Source of the DNA: Squalus acanthias
Taxonomy: Eukaryota
DNA length: 64,000 nt
Assembly (NCBI GenBank): GCA_030390025.1
Contig: CM059432.1
Location: 86,368,001-86,432,000 of the forward strand
Direction of reading: 5' to 3'
The notes below the pieces were generated by a model, which was given only the letters and a program-made list of their open reading frames with translations, ran no database searches and was not told where the DNA came from. Shown in pieces: positions 51,288 to 64,000 of this stretch; the first letter of the stretch is position 1, and the number at the start of each line of letters is the position of its first letter. The position numbers were made by a program, and so were the translations under genes.

Positions 51288-51876
51288 GTGAGATGGATAA
51301 TAAACTGTTCAGTGCATTGAATTTAAATTAGATTAATTTAGTTCAGTGATTAAAAGAAAGTCTATTGGCTGGTTATAAAAGTGATTTTTATCTTCAGGGA
51401 GGGAAATGATGAGGGGTTAACTTTTTAGAGGAAATATGACCTGGCACCTTCCATATCACTGGCTTGATGTGTACCCAGCCTTGATGCAGCTGTTCAGAAC
51501 ATGGTGCAGGGCGCATTCTTTTCTCTCTGCTCCCATCAAAAATTCTTTAATGTTTGGCAAATGGAGGAAAAAGTGAGTTGCATTTAAAAATGCCTAACTG
51601 CAGTTTAGAAATGCTTTTTGTTTTTAAAGTATCACATTGAAACTATATAAATAGAAAAATTGTTTGCAATAAAGCCATAACCCTGAGTTTAAAAAAAATC
51701 TAGTGTTCAGTATCTTAGTCTTTTATGGGTGTTTTAAGTTCTGAATGGATACAGCATTGCCTCCCATTTGGGTTTCCACAATCTCCTTGTACAGTGAGTG
51801 GCTTTGTCCATTTTTCTCCTAAACTATGTATCCGAACTTGTACTTCTGTGTATGACAGACTTTAATGCGTTCTGTT

Positions 51877-51918
51877 ATAAACCATCTGTGGACTAGAATA
51901 AACCATCTATGGACTAGA
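51877..51918 (+). repeat. 21-bp tandem duplication ATAAACCATCT(G/A)TGGACTAGA x2
   Basis: Directly visible, one mismatch. Confidence 0.9.
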
Positions 51919-52189
51919 GTGCACAATGAGCTAGATAATACTGTATTGGCCATTTAAGGGTGGTTGTGCAAGTTATTGAATCTGAAATATTGCACAGCTG
52001 TCAGTTTAAGAGGATCTGCTATTCTACCATAAGTATGGGCTTGACAGCAGGGGCTTAAGACTTGCTTACAAGGCATTCTATCTAGTGGTCTTTTGAGATT
52101 GTGCACCTCGCTTGGATTTCTTTGTCAAATTTCACATGTAACAAATTACAAGTGCAATGATTATTATGTAGATGCAAATGGAATCCATC

Positions 52190-52448
52190 TTGTACAGTAA
52201 GGTCCCACAAAATAGCAATAAGATGAATGACCAGTTGATCTGTTTAGTGATAGTTATTGGGAATGTTGGCTGGGAAATGAGAATTCCTTGCTCCTCTTTG
52301 AATAAGCACCCATTGATAATAGGCAAATGGGGCCTTGGTTTAATGTCTCCTTGAAAAATAGTTCCTTCAGTGCTGCATTGTTCACATGTTCAGGTACCGG
52401 AGCAGGTCTTAAACTTGCAACCTTCTGATTTCAGAGGTGAGCTTGCTA
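52190..52448 (-). mobile_element. Degenerate SacSINE1-like SINE
   Basis: Reverse complement gives gtgtcagcttgacttggctggtagc…gaaggttgcaag head and body remnants. Confidence 0.65.
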
Positions 52449-53859
52449 CCAGCCAAGTCAAGCTGACACGTTGATGTTTAATAAATGTAAGCCTTTGGCA
52501 TTCTGGAATAAAGGTGTAGCTGAAAACTCTTCAATTTTCCATGATGTATGTTTCGGTAATTGTGTGCCATTATTTATAGCTGAAAGGCATTTGTGTTGAC
52601 ATCTTACTAAAGCCCAAGTTTGCTGCACCTGCAGCATTTCAGGATATGAAACAATTTATTTGTTACTTCAAGCCACAAAAATGTACCGGAGAAACCACTA
52701 AAATTTTCAAGTGGGATTTCTGAGTACTGCACTGCAGGTGTGCACCAGCTTCAGACATAGTGCTTCTGTTCTTGGAGACTAACTTGACTACAATTGAAAA
52801 GGAATAAATTAAGTGAACTTTCAGCAATAGTGTCGTAAGACCTGATAAGAGAATATTTATAGTACTGGTAACCAGGTACTTTCACTTTGTTCACAGAAGT
52901 GTAATGACTCATTGGTTTCGTTTAAAAGTACAATAACTGACTGCATTTTTCTTGCATTGAAATTTCAGAAGGGACTTTTTACTGGTAAACTGGGGAATTT
53001 TTAACTTTTTAAAGGGCTCTTAAAATGCGTTAGCCCCCATTTAATTTAAAATACCTTCTTAGTCAAACTTTTTTCTGTGAATTTGCTTTTGAGCAGATCT
53101 GTTGTGTAGATCTAACTTTATTCTGCATTGGTCTTGAAAGCATTGTCCATTCTTTTTATACATGGTTAAATACTAGACCTTGAAAATTTGTACCAATTTA
53201 ACACACCAAGGTTTACAGTGTGGCAGAAAAAAAAGTGATTAAAGGGGCGATGAACGTTAAATGTATTTTTTACAAAGAGAAACCCCAACCCCTTAAATTT
53301 GTGAATCGGAAGCCTCTTCTGATTTTTTCAGCCACTAGTTTCCTTCTCCCTACAGGGAAGCCTCTTTTTTCAGCACTTCATTTCATCTTCCATTGAGTGT
53401 AAATGTTTTTTTTTGGTGAAAATGTACTTTTGATCTCCCAAAATTTCTGTGGTTTGTATATAGTTCATTTATTGAAACTTGATCCTGCTGCTTCTGTGCT
53501 TTTTGTATTGCAATAGTAATGGTTGGAATTATTTGAAATGCTACTAAGTGATCTTTTTCACTTCTACAGCGAGTGGTCTGATCTAGATCAGACCAATCAG
53601 GTGCTAAGTCTTGAAGTAAAACTTTAGCTCTGGGCACTCCTGAAATTGAAGGGTTATTAAACCTGTAGGCTAGTTGCCTTCCCCCTTTCCCTCGTATTAC
53701 AATTGGTATAAACTATAATTGAATTGTATAGACGAACCTACCTGCTCGTGCAAAAGCTGTACTAGTTTAGTAATACATGGTTGGCATGTGTTTCAGCAGA
53801 AATGAATTTTGAGATTAATCTTTGTATAAAAATCAAAAGGACTGTTCTTTATCTTGCAG

Positions 53860-53991
53860 GAAAGAATTTGAGCCCTTCCTTCCGCCTTTGAAACCAGAGT
53901 ACTGTGTGAAAGAAGCTATGAGAGCCATCCTCACAGACCAGCCAATGATTTGTACACCTCGACTAATGTATACTGTAACATTTATGAAGAG
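53860..53991 (+). CDS. rdh10: RDH10-family coding exon 5 ([43 protein letters not shown])
   Basis: ttgcag| acceptor and |gtaagt donor; 132 bp. Phase is consistent with exons 4 and 6. Confidence 0.97.
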
Positions 53992-56932
53992 GTAAGTGGG
54001 ATAAGAAGAAACAAATTGAATTGCTTATCCAACGATGTGCAACAGCCTAGATTTTAAAGACTCTGAATATAAGAAGTAATATTTTGCATGATTAGAGAAA
54101 CGACGAGTATTCCAGCTTGCACCCCATTTTTATTTTTATTGCAGCCCTGGAGGTGGTGCTAGGTGAAGTAATGTTCATGTCTTTGGAGGCAGGTAACATT
54201 ACTTCAAGGTTTCATTCCTGCCTTCCCTTCAGGAGTAAAGCTGTGGCAAACATAACTGCGCATTCTCCATTCTTGAGCAATTGCACACTTGACGTTGAGG
54301 TGATGACATGGCTGGCTGATTTTTAGAATACTGGTAATGGATCATATTGCAGAACCCCTTTTCAAAATACTGTAAATAAGGAATTCTCTAATTAGCCAAT
54401 TGTACTGACCAAGTGCGAGCACAAGATGTTAAATAAACCATTTGAGCAAAGTAGGAACCCTAAGCCTAGATCTCCTGCCATGTTGTACGCAACTTTGGGA
54501 CGGAAATAGTGCCTGCTTAACTTAACTATCATTTTTAGCAGTTGGTGGAAGCAGGCAGGTACTTTATTTACACCCTCTGTGCATGCCAACTTAGTGCCAC
54601 TCTGGTGCCACTGTGATGTTTGAACTGTTGATCCTAAATTATTTCTCCTCCATCATACCTGAGTGACATGAGGGGTAGCTGGCTGAGACTGACTAGATTG
54701 CCACATAATAGCCATGACCTGGATAGTCTGCTGCATTACCAATCTGACCCTGTGCTGGCATTGGAGGGGGTTGGTGGGAGGGCACACACGTGCTGCAATT
54801 CTAAAACTGCACTAACACCTGTGTGCCTTCCTGCCATGCCACCAATCCTGCCACTGTATAATCAGATCTGTGGAAAAGTAAATACATTTAACCCAAAGTA
54901 CTGATGCTTAACTGCAACTGATCAACAAACTTTTCAAAATTGGCCCCCAGAGGCCCCTCTGCATCCTACAAGGATGCTCGGTCTACTTCCAAAAACTACC
55001 CTTGGGTCACCTGGAGTCTCTGCAAATGTTCCTGGAGCTGCCAGGACTGTGATGCTGTTGAATGTCCTCCAATGTGCTGTGCATGCTAATGACTGTTCTG
55101 CCTGAGCTGCCATCTGTAGCTCTCTCACTCTCTTGGTTCACCAATGCTTGATCTCTTGAGCATTTATTCTTTTAAAATCAGGACCAGTCAGCCCCCAGGC
55201 TCGTCAGCTGAAAGGTGATACCTTTCGAGCCTTTAGACAACATCTTCCTTGTGTCCCACCAGCTGCTTCTGCTCCTTTCATGTTCTCCCCTGTTCCTCAT
55301 TAATATCCTTGGATGATGTAGCTGCTGCTTGGGAGGGATAGAGTGTGGATCTGTGCTACAAAATGGTTGCTAAAGGGCTGGTGTCTTCCTCCTGTTGCAT
55401 CTGGAGAAGGAAGAGGAAACCAGATCAGTGGTTTTCTGGAAAATGGAGCTCAAGTTATTTTCATTTGAAGAGTGAGGATTTTATGATTTGGTTCATCTGC
55501 CAAAAGTTACAATTGAAAGAGAAGCAGAATGCTCTGATGAACCCTCAGCTTGCACATGCCCTCCTACTTCGCCATCCCAGTGCCCTTGAAGACTCCGTCA
55601 AGTTTTTTTTCTTCCATAGGTGATCAGGGGTCTTGGGTAGTGGGTTGCCAAACTTTTCACCAATCTCTTCTGGCTATTATGGACTGCCTTAGGAGTTTTA
55701 CAAAAGTGAAGGAGGTCATTTAGTGCATTTCACTTGTGCTGGCTTTTTTAAAAAAAAAAAATGAAAAAACCTGAATTGATTTTCAATACCTTGCGATTCA
55801 GTAAAATGAAGGTGTCTACATACAACCCATGAAGGGGGATGGGAGGGAAGAGAGGGAGAATCACAGGTGCGGCACCAAATTCGATTCCATGCGAGGGTTT
55901 TTGGTAGGGTTGCACTGTATAAGGCTGAGAACAAATGTTCAGGTGAAGGCTGGAGTGTAAAACACTGCTCCATCCTGGGCAATACTGGTAAACATTTGAG
56001 CACTTTAACAAAATGTGAGGGGCGGTCAATAAGTGGCAGACATGCATTCTCCGAAGACTGGTTGGCAAGGTCAGGGTGGGCCAAATGGTTTACTTCTGTG
56101 TTGTAACTTTGGTTGTTTACTACCTGTGCTGAGGGACAGTATCTAGTGATTTTGAATGTAGCCAGTACCGCCCCAATGTCCTGTTTCCAATCCACCCGTC
56201 CACCCTCAATGATTGTCAATGGCTCACAAATCTCTCCCTTGTATCTCTTGACACTCTGGGATAAATATCATCTATCCCTGGGAATTTAGTGGTTTTGAAT
56301 CCTTTAAGTTGTCTAGGACTTCATCTTTTTTATATCAATGCTATTAATGTTGCCTTGGTCATCTGAATGGAGAGGACATGTTACTCCACACTACCTAGAA
56401 GTAATCATTCATAATTACTATTTTGTGCTCATCCTATATTTTGAGGCCATTTGCATCTTTTAATGGTCTCTTTTCTCACCATTTATAGTACTGAGAATTT
56501 CTTGTCCTGCTTTGCTTCTGCAACTACCTTTTTTCTAAGTGTTTCTTTGCCCTTCTGATCACTTTATATAATTAAAAAAATTCTCCTTGTCCTTATCTCA
56601 GTGATCCCCTTTCTGTCTGTCTAGAGGTCACTTTTTGTTTTTCTTTCTTTCTCTCGTAATCCATTTAGGATCATGCTTATTTCATCTGACCTAGCTGGTT
56701 CTAGGTATGTATTTATCCTCTGCATGATCACAAGTCCTCTTCTGGCACTTAAACCTTGTCATTTAGAAGTTCAATTTCTAACTCGTTGCACTTATGCCTG
56801 CATCACTGTTTAAAATTTAAAAAAATTAAAATTAACTAAATTCTGCAGATTCAAATTTAGCCCCCATTGTTCATTTAGAGGGAGATTGCCTCTTTTTTAA
56901 TAAAAAAAAACACACTTTCTTCTCCATTTCAG

Positions 56933-57056
56933 CATTATGCCATGGGAAGCTGTCGTCTGCATGTACCGTTTTTTGGGAGCGGACAAGTGCATGTATCCAT
57001 TTATTGCTGAGAGAAAACAGGCTTTGAACAACAATGAAGCCAAAAATGAAATCTAA
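56933..57056 (+). CDS. rdh10: RDH10-family last coding exon ([41 protein letters not shown])
   Basis: Pyrimidine tract plus ttcag| acceptor; 124 bp ending in TAA at 57054-57056. The C-terminus closely resembles RDH10 (…[19 protein letters not shown]…NNNEAKN). Confidence 0.97.
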
Positions 57057-58130
57057 AGCAAAACTGCTCACTACATCCAGCACTGGGACACCTCACAGAA
57101 GTGGATGCAATATTTAACTTGTCAACAGCTCCATACAATTCCGAATGAAGAGTGTTAGCAGTGACTTGAGTGATGCGCTCTTGGCAAATGGCTGTGAAGC
57201 TTCAGCTTTCCATGATCACTGTGGATAAAGCAATTAATACTGTACTGTGTATTGAACAAGTCACAAGAAGATAAATGTATTATGCCAATCTTTTTGTATA
57301 ATTTTTCTAGTGATTAGACTTGCACACATTTTAATGCCAACTGAGCAAAGCAAGATTTGATATGTTTAACATTTGACTTTTACTCAGCAATGCCATTTGT
57401 GTGTTTGCTGTTAGAGCTGTGTTGTATGTGATGTTCAACTAGAGACTTGGGTAAGTGCAGTACTTTAGAAAATTCCAGTTATTATAACTTTTTTAAATAG
57501 TAAATGCACTGTCATTATTGACAACTTCTCCAACAATCCACCCCAAGTACTTCTGAACATCCCATTGTAGCAGTAATTCTGTGTTACTTTCCCTATGAAA
57601 CACTGCAAATTTCTCCAAATGGATCTTGCAGTTTAAAATTGCAGAACAAACATGTTCCCGTTCAGCATGTGGAACCTTTTTTAGGAGAAAATCTCATTAG
57701 TGTGCCTTTTTGAATCTAGTTTAAATATTGTCCTATTTTTCTGTGGATTAGTGGTCCATTTTTAAAAGCCTGAAATTTCTACCTCCTTTGTATATCTATT
57801 TGTATAACACCTAAATTTGTTTATCAAGTTATAAAAGTCATGTCTTTTGTGCATCTTGGGTCACTTCTTTATATGAAGACCAATGTCTGTAGTTTTTAAT
57901 TTTTTTTTAGTAATATAGGTAATTGTAAAAAGTTTTTAATTAAAATGTGATTTTTAGATGCAAAGGATGTGCACAATGTTTATGGTGCTTGGTATTGAGG
58001 AAAGAATATTTGCATTGGAATGAGTCTTTTATGATCAAGTCTCAGCCATACAAGTTGGGTGATCTATTGGTTACATAAGCTAGAGTACCCCTCCCAACAT
58101 TTTTAAATAAACCTTTTTGGCCTTTAAGAG
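57057..58130 (+). other. Probable rdh10 3' UTR; candidate poly(A) signals ATTAAA (57939-57944) and AATAAA (58106-58111)
   Basis: AU-rich, TE-free stretch after the stop codon. The true 3' end cannot be determined from sequence alone. Confidence 0.5.
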
Positions 58131-58526
58131 AACTTTGTGCCCAAATACTCTACCCTACAAAACACTACCACTGAAATTAATAACTACAGACATTCTTTTG
58201 AAAGAATTTGAGAAGTATCCTAATTTTCTTAACTGAACTTCTTAAATTTTAGGTAGGTCCATGATCGATTGGGCTAGCTAAAACCCATCTCTTCTGTCTC
58301 TTTTCTCTTTCTTGTCCTCATTCAATACCTTAAAAGGCAGCAACTGCTGCCAATGAAGTTGAAGTAGCTGCGCATGCACAGTTTTGGTGTTTTTTTTGGT
58401 TGTTTGCGTTTGATTATAATATTGTGGAGAAGGCAGCACCGAAGGGGTTCATGTTTTTTGACAGTTTAAAAAAAAAAAAAAAAGTGGTTTGGGTTTCTCA
58501 CCTCTTGCTAGAAATTTAGTACCTCG

Positions 58527-59617
58527 TAAATGGGAATCTGGGGGGCGTGGGTGGAAACTCTCCACTGGCTGGAGTCATACCTAGCACAAAGGAAGATGGT
58601 TGGAGGTCAATCATCCCAGGCCATCGCTGCAGGAGTTCCTCAGGGCAGTGTCCTAGGCCCAACCATCTTCAGCTGCTTCATCAATGACCTTCCCTCCAAC
58701 ATAAGGTCAGAAATGGGGATGTTCGCCAATGACTGCAGTGTTCAGTGCCATTCACAACTCCTCAGATAATGAAGCAGTCCATGCCCGCATGCAACAAGAT
58801 CTAGGAAGATATTCAGGCATAGGCTGATAAGTAGCAGGCAACATTCATGCCACACAAGTGCCAGGCAATGACTACCTCCAACAAGTGAGTCTAACCACCA
58901 CCCCTTGACATGCAACGGCTTTACCATTGCCGAATCCCCCACCATCATCCTGGTGGCCACCATTGACCAGAAACTTAACTGGACCAGCCACAAATACTGT
59001 GGCAACAAGTGCAGGTCAGAAGCTAGGTATTCTGCGGCGAGTATCTCATCTGACTCCCCAAAGCCTTTCCACCATCTACAAGGCACAAGTAAGGAGTGTG
59101 ATGGAATATTCTCCACTTGCCTGGATGAGTGCAGCTCCAACAACACTCAAGAAGCTCAACACCATCCAGGACAAAGCAGCCCGCTTGATTGGCACCCCAT
59201 CCACCACCTTCATCATTCACTCCCTTCACCGGCATACGGTGGCTGCAGTGTGTGTACCATCTACAAGATGCACTGCAGCAACTCGCCAAGGCTTCTTCAG
59301 CAGCACCTCCCAAACCTGCAACCTCTTCCACCTAGAAGGACAAGGACAAGGGCAGCAGGCGCATAGGAACACCACCACCTCCAAGTTCCCCTCCAATTCA
59401 CACACCATCCTGACTTGGAAGTATATCGCTGATCCTTCATCGTCACTGGGTCAAAATCCTAGAACTCCCTAACAGCACTGTGGGAGTACCTTCACCACAC
59501 GGACTGCAGCGATTCAAGAAGGCGACTCACCACCAACTTCTCAAGTGAAACTAGGGATGGGCAATAAATGTTGGCCTTGCCAGCGACTCCCAGATTCATA
59601 AACTATTTTTTTTTTAA
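58527..59617 (+). mobile_element. CR1-group LINE (family A) 3' fragment
   Basis: GVPQGSVLGPTIFSCFINDL, MFAND and MEYSPLAWMSAAPTTLKKL; colinear with 5700-6720. Confidence 0.92.
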
Positions 59618-61029
59618 AGTGAAAGATTACATTAGAAGTTATTTGTTGGGGGTAGGGTGGACGTTTTTGGTCATAGCAACATGAAAGACCGAGCAAGTCA
59701 ACATAACCTATTGGTGTGGCGAAGTCAGGCCTCCGATGTTCTGATTAGCTAGCAGCCTCCAGGACTGATCGTTTTGCAGCTGCTATAGGTTGTTTCCGAT
59801 GCCAATCATTGGATCCTGACAGCTGATTAAGTAGTTGCGGATGCGTAGAATGATTCTGCACAGCTTCCGGTTCATTGGCAGAAGTCATTGTTTTTAAAAA
59901 TTGTAAATCTTAATAGGAACAATATGCAAATTTATCCTCTAATCCAGCATATGGTTACAGGTGCTCTTAACGTGATATAGAAACTTCACACAACTATTAC
60001 ACTTGGCCATTTTTTAATGTTTTTTTTGTTAACATTTGGGGGTAATGTCTTTCCTTTGCCACCTATAACCCTGTCAAGACTACAGACCCTTTAGTGGAAG
60101 ATGGAGTGAGATTTAATGAAGCTTAAGTTTCAGGCAAGGTATAGTTCAATAAGGGCATAGGCCAGCTGCTTACCAACTTACTTTTTCTGCTATGGAGGTG
60201 TTTATCATGCTATTTGGCTGCTATAAGGTATGCATTTAGTTTGAAACTTGTTGCAATAAAATGCATTGACAAGAAAGACTTGACAAATTAGTTACCTTTA
60301 TTAGAACAACACCGATTGTGGGGGTGTTTTTTTTTAATGAGGATGGGACAAGGTAGATGGAAGCAGACTGTGTTCAGTTGTTGAAGCCAAGAACAAGGAT
60401 CTAGAGATGCATGATTTAAATGTAGTAGATTTAAAACAGAGGGCAGGAGAAACTTCTTTACACAGTTGAGTTTGTGGAATTCATTTCCCGGTTTAGTGAC
60501 TGAGGCACTGGGTAAATGTGTTTAGGACTATTTTCTCAGATGGAGAGTAAATGCTGACACTGACTAGTTGGGCTGAACAGCCTGTTTCTATGTTGTAACT
60601 TCTATGTACGTACCTTCAGGCTGGATTAGCCAAGAAAAATCTACATGCTGTACTTGTAAATTGCTCTTTTAAAAAAAATATTATTTTTTTTAACTTTTTA
60701 AGCCTTTAAATTTAGCAGCTGTATTCATGTTAGTCACGTGGAAGAAAGGAAGTGGAGTCCATCAGTTCAAATCTAAACCTCTGTCATTCTTCACAGAATG
60801 ACAAAAGCTTTGTTAGACAAAGAGGAAAGGTGCGGTGTATATGAATGTTGAATCTCTGGCTTGGGTTAACTATTGTAATAGCCAATCTTTGTTCTGTTGT
60901 CTTGATGCCAAAATACTGTACCAAAATTTAACAAAGTAAATAATGTTGGAGTTTTCTGGCCTCTTATTTAATTGTTGTGTTTAGTTCTATGGTTGCTGTC
61001 GTGCTTGGTTGGGTACGCATTAGAGACTT

Positions 61030-61189
61030 GAGTGAAATTGGTGTACGCCAGTAGTGCAAAAAGGCTCATAGCAAATCAGCAGCATGTTTTACAGCACGCT
61101 GAATTCTTTTCCATTGAACAAGGTTTAAAGTGGGCTGCCAATTTACTGTGAGCCCTTTTTGCATTACTGACTTGCACAAATTTCACCCC
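61030..61189. mobile_element. Old fold-back MITE with ~55-bp terminal inverted repeats
   Basis: gagtgaaattggtgtacgccagtagtgcaaaaaggctcatagcaaatcagcagc vs reverse complement gggtgaaatttgtgcaagtcagtaatgcaaaaagggctcacagtaaattggcagc. Confidence 0.8.
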
Positions 61190-63418
61190 TTCAATGTGAA
61201 AATGGAGTTAGTTTTTTGAAGGAAGGCAAAATTGGGTTTTCCATGCATCGATTAGAAAGCAAGAGTGAATTCTTTCTCCTTCCTCTGATTAATTACACAT
61301 TCCTCCCTGCCCTTAGTAACATTACACATTTGGTAAACAAGTTATAGACTAGCCATAGTATGGACCTCGGGTGTATAGTAGTTTCAACTATCCCCAAAAA
61401 AATGCCTTTTTAATTTGGTCGACATTTCTAATTACAAACTTGGACAACTCTCTTAATCTCTTGGAAATGGTCATGACTCTCTCAAATTTACTTAATTCTA
61501 CTGCTTTTATTCTCTTTCCAAAGCACTTAATGGTTTCACTTGAAGACTGTCTTTTTTAATATGCCCCTACAAGCCCTTCCACATTTAGTATTGAATAGGG
61601 TACTGGTAAATGCTTCAGCTCATGATTTTTAAAATCCCTTTATCTTGCTTGCTTTCTATCACTTGGACTCCATTTCCACCATGCGCTGGACTAATTTATT
61701 GGAATCCAGGAGAAGTCATGTTACTCCAGATATTTTGGGACAAGGTCATGGCTTTCCATGGTAGAATAGTATAGCTGTATTGATTGTTGGTGCTCATGGA
61801 CCCAGCTTTATTCTGTAGTCTACATTCTAGATGCTCACATCTGTTTAGAATTTCAAATATGTATAGTTTAAGAAGTTAATTGCAATATTGGTTAAAATGT
61901 AAACCATGGTAACTTTGGAACACTGCATTGTCTCCAGAATGAGTTCACATCAAAATGTTTGCTTTCATCTGTCTCTTGAAATGGATCCCCTTCAGTCCCA
62001 AACATTCAGGATATATCTGTAACCAAGTTTTATTCCCTTCATATGGTTTACTCCAATGTCTTGTGATTTTTTTTTAATGCCATGGTACTGCACAATATTG
62101 ATGGAATTCTATAGAATTTTTCAGCATTTATTGATTATGAACTTTCTTAAATAAACCTAACTTTGTCAATGTTACCATTTTGGAATCATTTGTATAGCTT
62201 AACAACATTTGATGTAGCACAGGATACTGGAGTGTTTTTTAATTCTTAAACTTATGGAAATATTGAATGTCGGTAAGTCCTCCAGATATATAGCTCCCTT
62301 AAAGCATTTGGTCCCTGTAGCTTTGATATATTGAGCACACAACTATACTGTTTCCCATGTATTTAAGCCAATTTAATTCTCCTGAACAATGGAAAATCTC
62401 CAATGGAAATAACGAATTGAAAGGCAAAGATTTGCTCTGTGGGTGCTCAAAAATAAACAGTTTCACAGTTATTGCATAACTGATTTACAGCCTGACATTT
62501 ATTGCACTGCTAGCCTTTGATACCTAGTGCTGTAATGGAACTGGTGAAAGGTTTTGGGTTTTGCATCTATTGCTACGAGAGCCAGACTTCGGTTTCAATG
62601 ATTGTTGCTTTCTTCTAAATAAATAGAGCAACTGAGTCTCAAACACATGCCTATCATTTAAAGCACTTTTCACCTGTTTGTGCTAGATTGCTGTTCTCCA
62701 TACTCCCTGGAGCAGTAGGATGCTATCATAGAAAGAAAAACCTGCATTTTATATAGATCCTTGAATGTCTTTCTAAATGTTTCACAAACCATGAATTAGT
62801 AACTTGTGTAGGCAAATACAGCAGGCATTTTGCAAGATCTTGCAGCCCATAATGAAGTGTATAACCAATTAATCTGTTGGGGGTAGTGGTGGTTAAAGAA
62901 GCAGTGCTGGCCAGGAATCCTCCCTGCTATTTGAGTGCGGTGATCTTTAAACATCCACCAGTGGTCAGTTGGGAACTTTTTTTTATAATCTCATTTGAAG
63001 AGCACTCACACTGCATTACCACTTAAGTTATGCACTCCAGTCCTGAACTACAAACTGACAAGACCTATATTACAGATGAACTTCCTTGGATTAGACATCT
63101 GAAGTAATGTTCTTTTGACACTATATGATATCAAGACATTTCCACATCCCTTTTGCCCCACCTCCCTAGTCATTTCACCATTAAAACCCTCTGCCTGTGC
63201 ATTGAGGTGACTCCTCATCCTCTGTACTTTCAATCTCCTTCTCTATTCCCCTCTTCTGATTTCATTGTCCACCTTACCCCGCTTGACATCTCCATATTCA
63301 AAGCCACTCTCTTGACCTTGTCCTCTTGTGTACTGGCCTCTCTATATTCCCACGGTCTCAATCACAGACGGGGCCATCTCTGACCACTTGTATCCCTCAC
63401 CACCCACATCACTCTACA

Positions 63419-64000
63419 GAGGAAAAATTGTTAGCGCCAGGGGCACTGAGGCCATAGTGCAGGGGCAAGGCGGATCCAGCACTGCACAACAAATCCGGTC
63501 CCCCCCCCCCCCATTGCACCGCCGGTATGACGTACTGCTGGGGACTTCAATGCCAGGCAGATCGTGACGTCTGAGCGTGCAATGCTCACTGGCTGCCCGA
63601 TCTGCTAAATTGGTTTTTAGCCACCTACCTTAGTGCCTCGACCAGACAGCGACAGGGAGAGGAGGCTTCAAGCAGATGGAAGCCGGCTCCAGGGACGTTA
63701 TTGAAAGGGATCATGAGTAATGAGTCCCAGCTGTCAGGTTAGTGGAGTTTGTGCTTTCTTGTCGGTTTGACATTGTGCAACAGTTTAATTCAGTAATTTA
63801 AAAGTTCTTTTGTATCAGGAGTGTTGTGGTAACTAAAATGTAGTTACATTTATTCTTAATATCAGTGCTACACTTGGCTTACATTAATGGGGGCTGTACT
63901 GGCAGTTGACCTGGCCCTCCAGCATCTACGGTGGAGGGAGCGCAGGCAGCAAGGAAGACTGGAACATGTGGCCAGAGGGAGAAGGAGGAGGGCCATCAGG
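63419..64000 (+). mobile_element. Probable left end of a second Harbinger element running off the window
   Basis: Starts GAGGAAAAATTG after an L2 fragment. Shares gcagat(c/t)gtgacgtc…gagcgtgca with 42740-42766. The last bases encode VARGRRRRAIR, similar to the transposase N-terminus MARGRRANR. Confidence 0.6.

Noticed and set aside
54390..56160. GC-richer stretch and ORFs 55716-56219 in rdh10 intron 5
   Set aside because: No recognisable protein motifs or termini. Possibly very old TE debris, but I cannot support a call.
60797..60829. Possible micro-exon (cacag|AATGACAAAAGC…GAAAG|gtgcgg)
   Set aside because: Splice-like ends only. No recognisable peptide or partner exons.

Overview
Vertebrate genomic DNA, most likely a shark or other cartilaginous fish. 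This is inferred from the repeat content: CR1 and L2 LINEs, SacSINE1/DeuSINE-like and HE1-like SINEs, Penelope-type terminal repeats and Harbinger elements. The only host gene I can support is an RDH10-family retinol dehydrogenase on the + strand. Its last four coding exons (49105-49203, 51142-51287, 53860-53991, 56933-57056) have canonical AG/GT sites and an intact frame. I did not find exons 1-2, so 1-49104 is probably one large intron. Almost all long ORFs in the track are decayed transposon fragments or antisense artefacts. I found no clearly new biological system. The most interesting structures are: an RTE LINE flanked by a ~205-bp duplication of its CR1 target, with a Tigger-like MITE in only one copy; a TSD-flanked Penelope-type insert carrying an intact minimal hammerhead ribozyme; a near-perfect 195-nt fold-back Penelope terminus; a near-complete two-gene Harbinger with a spliced Myb/SANT gene, plus related MITEs; and a hAT-Blackjack-like element. 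All alignments were done by eye, and TE boundaries without a TSD are approximate.
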